Positions 19,401-28,626 are shown, numbered from the stretch's first letter. The stretch is 64,000 nt of DNA from Escherichia coli (GCF_001677475.2 NZ_CP015229.1); one strand, 5' to 3'. A program made the numbers and translations. The notes: a model not told the origin generated them from the letters alone.

Positions 19401-20254
19401 TCACCGTCAGCTTTGATGAATCCTTAAAACCGTTTGTGCGCGATGCTTCCGGCAGCCGCCTGAAAGACCTGCCCAAACCGAACAAAAGCGATGATGAAAC
19501 ACTGGCTGAGGAAGCGGTAAATCGCTACAAGTTGTTGAAAAAAGATGTCCGCACGGTGGCAGCGCAACAAATTTCGCGTCTGGAAGCCGCCATGTGTCAG
19601 CGTCGCCGCTGGACAGCAGAACAGTTCCGCCTGTTTCTGGTTGAGCATCCCCTGGTACGTCATATCACCCAACGTCTGATGTGGGGCGTATACGATGCAG
19701 ATAATCAGCTTATCACCTGTTTTCGCGTGGCGGAGGATGGCAGTTTTAGCGACGGTCAGGATAACCCGTTAACCCCTGCGCAGGGTAGCATCGGTATCCC
19801 GCATGTGCTGGAAATCCCGGCCCCGCAGGCGGCTGAATTTGCTCAACTGTTTTCTGACTACGAACTCCTGCCACCGTTCCGTCAACTCGATCGCCCCTGG
19901 TCTCAGCTCTCTGATTCAGAAAAAAACAGCAACGATTTGCAGCGCTGGGCTGGTCGCCAGGCACCAAGTGGGCGCGTCGCCGGGCTGATGAATAAAGGCT
20001 GGCAACGGGGCGATGTGCTGGATGGTGGCGGCTATTACTCATTTTATAAAGCTGTGGATGATGGCTACGTCGAACTGAGTGTGACACCCGGCTTCAGTGT
20101 TGGATTACCCGTCACCGAAATCAGCGCCAGCCAAAAAATTGAGCACATTCAGTTGTGCAAACTGACGCCGCACAAATCGGTTTATCCCTTCTCCGTGCTC
20201 GACGACATCACCGCCAGCGAACTCATTAACGATATTGAATCACTGTTTGATTAA
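16418..20254 (+). CDS. molR: giant WGR-domain protein with DUF4132-like C-terminal region, paralog 1
   Basis: 1278-aa ORF; N-terminal ~65 aa with FQDEKSHKFWAVEQ...WGKVG (WGR-type) motif; first of three tandem paralogs; positional equivalent of K-12 molR (symbol assigned by position and recollection). Confidence 0.8.
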   Translation: MRHFIFQDEKSHKFWAVEQQGNELHINWGKVGTNGQSQVKSFADAAAAEKAELKLIAEKIKKGYVDDGSPETIINSPISSTVSVQELAISTGNFTTTETAQPQAMPTLETPPWLKNGESIVIFANAEPAPFSHRHLINDPLDIVDKDGFFWIQLKEYPYWAAFYLACLQKFDVSQCQSEWQLALQETISRIQKLQQDGSLLSDVILTLTRLIIGRPGRPHTWLDSIVQLRGLEYATELVIAMQHVQMTDDANTDPTKNATLKLHYNSLFSALRRGEMADNYYLPVVSLSHDISDMRYKYGFSDEIELRLREHLSHTDEETWQRCANKLIDALPSLPPRKRPLIAFLLPEKPDIANQIALEIAPMHDYPEIEWLSLVTTDPQATCLLKNFHQLELTTGWGGDMTNRCIKTLLREQGLNALSRLQEGVNDSYPVRHALQEINHPDVVTLFIKEECAIGVEISASKYPESALYALTAALLSAKNLRYSRLMERIVLGNAQTLRNTMPWLSEEQKQLLFSYFPQLHAKEEIANACELPGILTNPIWLKKKNKSATTIFTLPVLPLESIGPNPQPQPEAEIPSTAEVLRHLGFSSGAFEENNPDPERFDIKWGVTKTAIRLLETEDYESLLNTRPKYDYEGFITFYVSILTRLPAEKALSIWNGLSHMHLVGAEKVVERFGLSTVPGLLRYALVNPKEAVPLAAQFGATEVALLMARAFCQLKSVRDVAEYWLTTYPEHAITGLLPIALGKPVKEQQDARMTLRYLVNNGHLALLKKIASRYQQPEVITALTDFLAADPLENYPQKIAKLPGWCSPEVWHRPLLRSNGKALSDSAILHLCTMLSFPREATLYPGITQVIKACTPQSLADFAWDLFLSWESASGSAKDNWAFTALGILGNDDTARKLTPLIRAWPGESQHKRATVGLDILAAIGSDIALMQLNGIAQKLKFKALQDQARVKIAQIAESRQLTVAEMEDRLAPDLGLDDNGSLLLDFGPRQFTVSFDESLKPFVRDASGSRLKDLPKPNKSDDETLAEEAVNRYKLLKKDVRTVAAQQISRLEAAMCQRRRWTAEQFRLFLVEHPLVRHITQRLMWGVYDADNQLITCFRVAEDGSFSDGQDNPLTPAQGSIGIPHVLEIPAPQAAEFAQLFSDYELLPPFRQLDRPWSQLSDSEKNSNDLQRWAGRQAPSGRVAGLMNKGWQRGDVLDGGGYYSFYKAVDDGYVELSVTPGFSVGLPVTEISASQKIEHIQLCKLTPHKSVYPFSVLDDITASELINDIESLFD

Positions 20255-20266
20255 AAGGATTTAGCA

Positions 20267-23200
20267 ATGAAAACCTATATTTATCAGGACGAAAAATCAC
20301 ATAAATTCTGGGCGGTGGAGCAGCAAGACAACGAGCTGCATATTAGCTGGGGTAAAGTCGGTACTAACGGGCAAAGTCAGGTAAAAAGCTTTGCTGATGC
20401 TGCGGCGGCGGAAAAAGCGGAACTGAAGTTGATTGCGGAGAAAACAAAAAAGGGCTACGTAGAAGAAGTATCCGTGATAACACCGACATCTGTCCCCGTC
20501 CAGGTTATCGAATGCCCCGAAATAGCCCCTTTGCCACAAGACAAACCAGTATTTGTTGGAGACAACCTCCCCTGGCTGGCAGACGACGCCCAAATCATTT
20601 TACCGACAGAGGTTGCGCCAACCACACTAAGTCATCGACGCTGGCCTGGCGATCCTGTGCCACAGGAGAATGAATTAACTCTGCTACGCTCCGTCGCCGC
20701 GAATACTCACCGACGTTTTAAAAAGGTGATCACCTTCGATTACAGCACCTGTTCACTGGACTGGCAGCAGGCGATAACACAAGCAGTGGGCCTTATCGAC
20801 TCGCCGATTAGCACCACGCTACCACCGATGGTTCTGGCGGTACTGGTTGCGCTGGAACAAGGCTTCAATCGTAACGATCACGAAGAGTTAATGGATCAAA
20901 TTGTCCAGGAAGGTGGTCTGGAATATGCCACTGAGGTTGTCATTGCACTACAATTCATCCGCTTCGACTGGGATTATGATGCCCATCTTATTACGTTCAC
21001 CCCGGATGACAGGCAGCCTGGCTATCTGTTGCGCTTTGCCTCGGTTGAAATGCGCCTGCGCAAGCATTTCTCACTTGCAAATGACGATGTATGGCAGCGC
21101 TGCGCCGACAAACTGATTGCCGCTCTCGGAAACATGCCCGCCTGGCACCAGCCGCTGGTTGCACTATTGTTGCCGGAAAAACCAGAAGTAGCTCATGAGA
21201 TTGCCAGACATTTTTGCGGGCAAAAAGGGTTATATGCGCTGGAATGGCTAAAACTGACGGTCACCGATGCTCAGGTATTAGCAGACCTGGAAAAATACTA
21301 TCCAGGACAGCCTGGGCAGGTATTTGATGATTACTATGGCGGTAACATCTGGTGTGCGACAGCACTCCAGGAGCAAGGAGTCACTGCGCTGGCCCGTTTT
21401 GCCCATTACGCTACTGGTGACACATGTGGTGAAGTGTTGATGCATATCAACCACCCGCAGGCACTTACACTACTTATCCATGCAAGCGAGCAAGGAAAGC
21501 GTTGCCACGATCGCATGACAAAGGCTTTCGTTCGCTTCCCACACGCAGCGCTGGCGGCATTAGCAGAACTTCTGGCACAAAAAGATGAAAAGCGCTGGCG
21601 CATGATGCTAATGACGATGCTTATCTCGCAACCGGCACTAGCAGAACAGGTCACTCCCTGGCTCTCAACCCCCGCAGTTGCAGTGCTGAAATCATGCCAG
21701 CAACAACTGACACAGCCCTCAAACCATGCCAGCGCCGATCTACTGCCAGCCATATTAGTCTCACCGCCCTGGCTTTCGAAAAAGAAAAAATCTGTAATGC
21801 CGGTATTGGATTTAACGCCATTACCGCTGGAGTCATGCTGCACATTGACCGAGACGGCAGAAAAAGAGATTCATGCAAGGCATCGCTGGCACGCACATCA
21901 AATAGACGTCGGCCAAAAAGAGGATATTCAGAACTACCTGACACGTCTGGGTTTCAATCGCTGGAATAATGGCCAGTATATGAAAGCGTCTGATGCTGTT
22001 GTAGAACTCTGGCAGAGGGGAGATTATTCTGCGCTAATCAGCGAATTTAAAACCTTCTGGCACTCCTATCAACGGGAATGGCAGCTTTACATGTTAGCCG
22101 CCCTGCCTATCGAAAAAACAGCGCAGGCGTGGAATGTCCTCAGTAAAGAGCCACACGTCGGTGTCGAGTTTGTCATGACGCACCTGCAACTCGCTGGGTT
22201 ACAGGGTTTTATTCACTCCTTTTCACGCTATCCACAAGAAGCTCTGCCTGTAGCACAATATTTTGCGGCTATCGAATTAGCGCCACTGATCGCCCGCGCC
22301 TTCAACAAACTCAAAACCCTACGACAAGACGCCCGCACCTGGCTGCTGAAATACCCGGAACACGCCATTACCGGCCTGCTACCTTCGGCGCTCGGCAAAG
22401 CCGGTGAAGCACAGGATAACGCCCGCGCTGCCTTGCGTATGCTTACCGAAAACGGTCATCAGCCATTACTGCAAGAAATCGCCCGGCGTTATAACCAGCC
22501 GGAAGTAACAGATGCGGTGAACGCTCTGCTTGCGCTCGATCCCTTAGATAATCACCCGACAAAAATCCCCACTCTTCCGGCCTTTTATCAGCCATCGCTC
22601 TGGACGCGCCCGGTATTAAAAGCAAATGCCCAATCACTGCCAGATAGCGCCCTCCTACGCCTCGGCGAAATGCTCCGCTTCCCTCAGGAAGAGGCACTGT
22701 ATCCGGGATTATTGCAGGTGAAAGCCGCCTGTACCGCCGACTCACTGGCTGAATTTGCCTGGGATCTGTTTACCGCCTGGCAGACCGCTGGCGCACCGTC
22801 GAAAGAAAGCTGGGCGTTCACTGCGTTAGGTGTTCTCGGCAACGATGACACCGCCCGCAAACTGACGCCTTTGATTCGCGCCTGGCCTGGTGAATCCCAG
22901 CATAAACGCGCCACCGTCGGGCTGGATATTCTCGCTGCTATCGGTAGTGATATCGCCCTGATGCAGCTTAACGGGATCGCCCAGAAACTGAAATTCAAAG
23001 CATTACAGGAGCGGGCAAAAGAAAAAATTGCCGACATTGCCGAGAGTCGCGAACTGACGGTAGCGGAGCTTGAAGATCGGTTAGCACCGGATCTCGGTCT
23101 GGATGATAACGGTTCGCTGCTGCTGGATTTTGGCCCACGGCAGTTCGCCGTCAGCTTTGATGAAACCTTAAAACCGTTTGTGCGCGATGTTTCCGGCAGC

Positions 23201-24028
23201 CGCCTGAAAGACTTACCTAAACCCAATAAAAGCGATGATGAATCACAGGCGAACGATGCTGTTAACCGCTACAAATTGCTGAAAAAAGATGCGCGTACCG
23301 TCGCCGCCCAGCAGGTAGCAAGGCTGGAATCCGCCATGTGCCTGCGCCGCCGCTGGTCGCCGGAAAACTTTCAGCTCTTCCTGGTTGAGCATCCGCTGGT
23401 TCGTCACTTAACCCGCCGTCTGATTTGGGGCGTTTATAGCGCCGAAAACGAGCTACTGGCTTGCTTTCGCGTGGCGGAAGATAACAGCTACAGCACCACA
23501 GACGATGATCTTTTCACCCTGCCGGAAGGCGATATCTCTGTTGGTATTCCTCACGTTCTGGAAATATCACCCACGGATGCCGCTGCCTTTGGTCAGCTTT
23601 TTGCCGACTACGAACTGTTACCGCCGTTCCGCCAGCTTGACCGCAACAGTTACGCGCTGACAGAAGCCGAACGCAACGCCAGTGAACTGTCCCGCTGGGC
23701 CGGCAGAAAATGTCCGAGCGGTCGAGTAATGGGGCTGGCGAATAAAGGCTGGATGCGTGGTGAACCGCAGGACGGTGGCTGGATCAGCTGGATGATCAAA
23801 CCTCTGGGCCGCTGGTCGTTAATTATGGAAATCGATGAAGGTTTTGCGGTCGGCATGTCGCCAGCCGAACTGAGTGCCGAGCAACTCTTAAGCAAGGTGT
23901 GGCTATGGAAAGGCAAAGCAGAAAACTATGGCTGGAGGAGTTATTCAACACAGGAAGCGCAGTTCTCCGTACTCGATGACATCACCGCCAGCGAGCTGAT
24001 TAGCGATATTGAATCTCTGTTTGAATAA
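20267..24028 (+). CDS. giant WGR-domain / DUF4132-like protein, paralog 2
   Basis: 1253-aa ORF 12 bp after paralog 1 (AAGGA SD); N-terminal WGR region and C-terminal ~450 aa highly similar to paralog 1, central region divergent. Confidence 0.85.
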   Translation: MKTYIYQDEKSHKFWAVEQQDNELHISWGKVGTNGQSQVKSFADAAAAEKAELKLIAEKTKKGYVEEVSVITPTSVPVQVIECPEIAPLPQDKPVFVGDNLPWLADDAQIILPTEVAPTTLSHRRWPGDPVPQENELTLLRSVAANTHRRFKKVITFDYSTCSLDWQQAITQAVGLIDSPISTTLPPMVLAVLVALEQGFNRNDHEELMDQIVQEGGLEYATEVVIALQFIRFDWDYDAHLITFTPDDRQPGYLLRFASVEMRLRKHFSLANDDVWQRCADKLIAALGNMPAWHQPLVALLLPEKPEVAHEIARHFCGQKGLYALEWLKLTVTDAQVLADLEKYYPGQPGQVFDDYYGGNIWCATALQEQGVTALARFAHYATGDTCGEVLMHINHPQALTLLIHASEQGKRCHDRMTKAFVRFPHAALAALAELLAQKDEKRWRMMLMTMLISQPALAEQVTPWLSTPAVAVLKSCQQQLTQPSNHASADLLPAILVSPPWLSKKKKSVMPVLDLTPLPLESCCTLTETAEKEIHARHRWHAHQIDVGQKEDIQNYLTRLGFNRWNNGQYMKASDAVVELWQRGDYSALISEFKTFWHSYQREWQLYMLAALPIEKTAQAWNVLSKEPHVGVEFVMTHLQLAGLQGFIHSFSRYPQEALPVAQYFAAIELAPLIARAFNKLKTLRQDARTWLLKYPEHAITGLLPSALGKAGEAQDNARAALRMLTENGHQPLLQEIARRYNQPEVTDAVNALLALDPLDNHPTKIPTLPAFYQPSLWTRPVLKANAQSLPDSALLRLGEMLRFPQEEALYPGLLQVKAACTADSLAEFAWDLFTAWQTAGAPSKESWAFTALGVLGNDDTARKLTPLIRAWPGESQHKRATVGLDILAAIGSDIALMQLNGIAQKLKFKALQERAKEKIADIAESRELTVAELEDRLAPDLGLDDNGSLLLDFGPRQFAVSFDETLKPFVRDVSGSRLKDLPKPNKSDDESQANDAVNRYKLLKKDARTVAAQQVARLESAMCLRRRWSPENFQLFLVEHPLVRHLTRRLIWGVYSAENELLACFRVAEDNSYSTTDDDLFTLPEGDISVGIPHVLEISPTDAAAFGQLFADYELLPPFRQLDRNSYALTEAERNASELSRWAGRKCPSGRVMGLANKGWMRGEPQDGGWISWMIKPLGRWSLIMEIDEGFAVGMSPAELSAEQLLSKVWLWKGKAENYGWRSYSTQEAQFSVLDDITASELISDIESLFE

Positions 24029-24037
24029 GGAAATAAC

Positions 24038-27000
24038 ATGAACAAGGAATTACCGTGGCTGGCGGATAACGCACAACTGGAACTGAAATATAAAAAAGGC
24101 AAAACGCCGCTCAGCCATCGCAGTTGGCCGGGCGAACCGGTGCCTGTTATTACTGAAAGCCTCATCCAGACACTGGGTGATGAATTGCTACAAAAAGCTG
24201 AGAAGAAAAAAAACATTATCTGGCGTTATGAAAATTTTTCACTGGAGTAGCAGTCCGCCATCACGGAAGCCATCAACTTGATTGGCGAACACAAACCCTC
24301 AATTCCGGCACGGACAATGGCGGCGCTAGTCTGTATCGCGCAAAAGGACAGCCAACAGTTGCTCGACGAAATCGTCCAACAAGAGGGACTGGAATATGCG
24401 ACTGAGGTGGTGATTGCACGCCAGTTTATTACACGATGTTATGAGAGTGATCCTCTGCTAGTGACATTGCAGTATCAGAACGAGGACTATGGCTATGGTT
24501 ATCGCTCAGAAACCTATAACGAATTCGATCTGCGACTGCGTAAGCATCTCTCTCTGGCAGAGGAAAGCTGCTGGCAGCGTTGCGCCGACAAACTCATTGC
24601 CGCACTGCCAGGAATACCCAAAATTCGCCGTCCTTTTATTGCGCTGGTCCTCCCGGAAAAACCAGAAATAGCCAATGAGTTGGTAGGTCTTGAATGCCCG
24701 CGGACTCATTTTCATTCTAAGGAGTGGTTAAAAGCTGTTGCTACTGCCCCCCGGGCGGTGAGAAAACTCGAACACTACTGGAGCCAGGATATATTTAGCG
24801 ATCGCGAAGCCAGCTACATGTCGCATGAAAACCGCTTCGGGTACGCGGCCTGCGCCGCCCTTTTGCGTGAACAAGGACTGGCAGCCGTTCCGCGCCTGGC
24901 AATGTATGCCCATAGAGAGGATTGCGGAAGCCTGCTGGTACAAATTAACCATCCGCAGGTCATCCGCACCTTGCTGTTAGTTGCTGATAAAAACAAACCC
25001 AGCCTGCAACGTGTGGCTAAATACAGTAAAAATTTCCCCCACGCGACACTCGCCGCACTGGCAGAACTGCTGGCGCTAAAAGAACCACCTGCGCGTCCTG
25101 GTTATCCAATCATCGAAGACAAAAAGCTGCCTGCACAGCAAAAAGCACGTGATGAATACTGGCGTACGCTGTTACAAACGCTGATGGCATCGCAGCCACA
25201 ACTGGCAGAAGAGGTGATGCCGTGGTTAAGTACTCAAGCCCGGTCAGTGCTGAATAGTTATTTATCGGCACCGCCTAAAACGGTTATTGATAGCACCGAT
25301 AACAGCCAAATGCCTGAAATCCTCGTTTCACCACCGTGGCGTAGTAAGAAAAAAATGACAGTTCCACGTCTTGATTTGGCACCGTTCGAATTAACGCCGC
25401 AAGTTTACTGGAAACCAGGCGAACGAGAGAGGCTTGCCGCCACTGAGTCTGCCCGTTATTTCAGTACGGAATCTCTTGCGGAACGCATGGAACATAAAAG
25501 TGGACGAGTTGTACTACAGGAGCTGGGTTTTGGAGATGATGTATGGCTGTTTTTGAATTATATACTCCCCGGAAAACTGGATGCTGCACGCAATTCACTC
25601 ATTGTTCAGTGGCATTACTACCCAGGGCGGGTTGAAGAGATCATGAATGGCTGGAGCTCCCCGGAAGCTCAATTAGCAGAACAGGCGCTTCGCAGCGGTC
25701 ACGTAGAAGTGTTAATTAACATATGGGAAAATGACAGCTACTCACGCTATCGTCGGGAAAAGAGTATCTGGAACCTGTATTTATTGGCGCAGTTGCCGCG
25801 TGAGATGGCTTTGACTTTCTGGCTACGTATCAATGAGAAAAAGCATCTGTCTGCGGGTGAGGACTATTTTCTCAGTATCTTCGGATTGGATGCTCTACTA
25901 GGTCTGCTGTTGGCTTTTTCACATCGTCCAAAAGAAACATTTCCGTTAATTTTAAATTTCGGCGCAACCGAACTAGCCCTGCCCGTTGCCCGCGTCTGGC
26001 GACGTTTCGCGGCGCAGCGTGATCTGGCCCGCCAGTGGATTTTACAATGGCCGGAACATACGGCTACTGCACTTATCCCTCTTGTCTTCACCAAATCCAG
26101 CGATAATAGCGAAGCTGCATTACTTGCCCTGCGTTTACTTTACGAACAGGGACATGGCGAGTTACTGCAAACCGTGGCAAACCGCTGGCAGCGTACAGAT
26201 GTATGGCCTGCCCTGGAGCAATTACTTAAACAGAGTCCAATAGAGATTTACCCGACACGCATTCCAAAAGCCCCTGATTTCTGGCAGCCGGCAATGTGGT
26301 CCAGGCCGCGCCTTATCACGAATAATCAACCTGTTACTGATGACGCTCTGGAAATTATCGGCGAAATGCTGCGCTTTACCCAGGGCGGACGTTTTTATAG
26401 CGGACTGGAACAGCTGAAAACGTTTTGCCAGCCGCAAACGCTGGCAGCCTTTGCCTGGGATCTTTTCACCGCGTGGCAACAAGCTGGTGCTCCCGCAAAA
26501 GACAACTGGGCATTTCTGGCGTTAAGTCTCTTTGGCGACGAAAGCACGGCACGGGATCTGACGACACAGATCCTTGCCTGGCCACAGGAAGGCAAATCTG
26601 CCCGTGCTGTCAGTGGTCTGAATATACTTACTCAGATGAATAATGATATGGCACTGATACAGTTGCATCATATATCGCAACGGGCGAAATCCCGCCCCTT
26701 ACGTGATAACGCGGCGGAATTTCTTCAGGTGGTCGCAGAAAATCGCGGGCTAAGCCAGGAACAGTTAGCGGACAGATTAGTCCCAACACTGGGTCTTGAT
26801 GATCCGCAGGCGTTGATTTTTGATTTTGGTCCACGGCAATTTACCGTTCGCTTCGATGAAAACCTTAACCCGGTTATCTTTGATCAGCAAAACGTTCGCC
26901 AGAAAAGCGTTCCCCGGTTGCGCGCCGATGACGATCAACTGAAAGCACCCGAGGCACTGGCCCGACTAAAAGGGCTAAAAAAAGATGCCACTCAGGTGAG

Positions 27001-27670
27001 CAAAAACCTGCTCCCGCGTCTTGAAACTGCCCTGCGCACCACCCGACGCTGGTCGCTGGCAGATTTTCATTCTCTGTTTGTTAATCATCCCTTTACCCGC
27101 CTGGTTACTCGGCGATTGATATGGGGTGTTTATCCGGCAAATGAACCGCGTCGTTTACTCAACGCCTTTCGTGTGGCCGCTGAGGGGGAGTTCTGCAATG
27201 CGCAAGATGAGCCAATTGACCTGCCTGCCGATGCTCTGATTGGCATTGCCCACCCGTTAGAAATGGCAGCAGAAATGCGCAGTGAATTTGCACAGCTTTT
27301 TGCCGATTACGAAATTATGCCGCCTTTTCGCCAGTTGGCACGGCGCACAGTGCTGCTCACGCCTGACGAGTCAGCCAGTAATAGTTTGAATCGCTGGGAA
27401 GGTAAATCTGCTACCGTTGGGCAACTTATGGGAATGCGATACAAAGGCTGGGAGTCAGGCTATGAGAACGCATTTGTCTATGACCTGGGCGAGTACCGGC
27501 TGGTCCTTAAGTTTTCATCCGGTTTTAACCACTACAATGTTGATAGCAAAGCGCTAATGAGCTTCCGTTCTCTTCATGTATACCGTGAGAATAAATCTGT
27601 CACTTTTGCCGAACTTGATGTGTTTGATTTGAGTGAAGCGTTAAGCGCACCCGACGTTATTTTCCATTAA
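24038..27670 (+). pseudogene. yehI: third paralog (YehI-like, lacks WGR N-terminus) interrupted by in-frame amber codon
   Basis: ORFs 24038-24250 and 24278-27670 are in the same frame, separated only by TAG at 24248-24250, which aligns with a Trp codon in paralog 2; read-through length would be 1210 aa. Confidence 0.75.
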
Positions 27671-27730
27671 AACACAGCGGGCAGTGATGCGACTGCCCGT
27701 TATTAACACGACCTGCCACCGGGAAAAGCG

Positions 27731-28051
27731 ATGATCGTGCAAAAAGAGCTGGTCACTATTTACGATTATGAGGCCCCTGTACCTGAAGAGCCGTTTTCCT
27801 TCAGGCTTGAGATCCATAAACGCTCTGAATTATTTACAGGTTCCGTCTATCGACTGGAACGATTCCGGCTACGTCCAACATTTCATCAACGTGATCGAGA
27901 AGATGTCGACCCGCTAATAAATGATGCGTTGATTTATATAAGAGATGAGTTTATTGATGAGCGAAAATTACGAGGTGAATCACCTGAAACTGTAATAGCA
28001 ATTTTTAATCGCGAACTACAAAATATATTCAACCAACAAATAGAAAAATAG
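27731..28051 (+). CDS. yehK: small acidic protein of unknown function
   Basis: 106-aa ORF 60 bp downstream of paralog array; recognised as YehK. Confidence 0.8.
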   Translation: MIVQKELVTIYDYEAPVPEEPFSFRLEIHKRSELFTGSVYRLERFRLRPTFHQRDREDVDPLINDALIYIRDEFIDERKLRGESPETVIAIFNRELQNIFNQQIEK

Positions 28052-28061
28052 CTTTATTAAA

Positions 28062-28081
28062 GGGGGAAACGGTATTCCCCC
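28062..28081. terminator. bidirectional intrinsic terminator (yehK / small toxin ORF)
   Basis: Stem GGGGGAA/TTCCCCC with 6-nt loop between convergent yehK (+) and the 29-codon ORF (-). Confidence 0.6.
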
Positions 28082-28104
28082 TTAGATGCGTTTCAATTTG
28101 CCCG

Positions 28105-28194
28105 TTACTTCAACAAATCAATCAACCGTAACAGAGCCACTAATAGCTCCAGTACAGCAATGAGCACGGTTAACTTTTGTGTCAGCGTGTCCAT
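28105..28194 (-). CDS. zorO: 29-aa hydrophobic peptide, type I toxin-like (ZorO-like)
   Basis: ATG 28194 preceded by AAGGAG SD; translation MDTLTQKLTVLIAVLELLVALLRLIDLLK; ~175-nt leader from a consensus promoter; leader contains a 19-nt site complementary to the divergent sRNA. Symbol is from recollection of the ZorO-OrzO architecture. Confidence 0.6.
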   Translation of the reverse strand: MDTLTQKLTVLIAVLELLVALLRLIDLLK

Positions 28195-28375
28195 CCGCTC
28201 TCCTTATTAAGGAGCGCAATACCAGCACCTTACCCTTACACTGCCTGTCGATACTGGTTTACGTATGTTGGACCACGATGTTGCACTCCGGATCAGGGCA
28301 CCACCTGCAGCACCACCCGTCCGGTAGCCAGGACTTAAAATTGGTCCGATCCGGCGCAACGTCCCAACCGTCTGG

Positions 28376-28426
28376 ATTATAAATCTCATTATCTTAATTG
28401 CAACGGGGTCCACCGATGGTTATAAT
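28376..28426. promoter_or_regulatory. divergent sigma70 promoters sharing a palindromic -35 hexamer
   Basis: Plus strand: TTGCAA (28398-28403), 17-bp spacer, TATAAT (28421-28426). Minus strand: same TTGCAA, 16-bp spacer, TATAAT (complement of 28376-28381). Confidence 0.7.
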
Positions 28427-28432
28427 TCGTTC

Positions 28433-28515
28433 GTTGGAACACGATGTTGCACAGGCTGCGGTGTTGGGCCTGAAAATAGTAAATAAAAGAACCTGCCTCA
28501 CCAGCAGGTTTTTTT
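28433..28515 (+). ncRNA. orzO: small RNA, candidate type I antitoxin (OrzO-like)
   Basis: Consensus promoter directly upstream; 5' end UUGGAACACGAUGUUGCAC is complementary (18 of 19) to toxin leader site at 28267-28285; ends at strong terminator CCTGC-N7-GCAGG plus T7 (28492-28515). Confidence 0.55.
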
Positions 28516-28626
28516 ATTTACTGTGATCTGCTTTCCAGATATTTTTCGCTCAAACAACTAATGCGCAAAACATTTATTGCGCGTAAAATATCGTTTATTT
28601 CATTAATACATTTCAGGGATGAATAT

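Noticed and set aside
22684-23226. 180-aa antisense ORF inside paralog 2 (and similar 19267-19485 inside paralog 1)
   Set aside because: The same antisense ORF recurs in both copies only because the underlying sense sequence is duplicated; serine/arginine-rich low-complexity translation.
16418-27670. Possibility that the repeated units are a CRISPR-like or other non-coding repeat array
   Set aside because: Repeats are multi-kilobase, protein-coding and diverged, with no short regularly spaced direct repeats.
28196-28215. Near-palindrome CTCCTTATTAAGGAG overlapping the toxin SD as a possible RBS-sequestering hairpin
   Set aside because: A 7-bp stem with a 1-nt loop is sterically implausible; the symmetry is probably incidental to the SD sequence, though a longer-range leader structure masking the SD remains possible.
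28207-28413. 68-aa ORF on minus strand in the yehK-yehL intergenic region
   Set aside because: Its start lies upstream of the inferred minus-strand transcription start (~28369) and it overlaps the toxin leader; no RBS; better explained as non-coding leader RNA.
28561-28626. N-terminal extensions of yehL (28561), yehM (29585), yehP (31770) and yehQ (33107) given by the longest-ORF track
   Set aside because: Extensions overlap the upstream gene and lack RBS; internal ATGs at 28627, 29726, 31998 and 33131 have SD sequences or start-stop overlaps and give lengths matching the known proteins.
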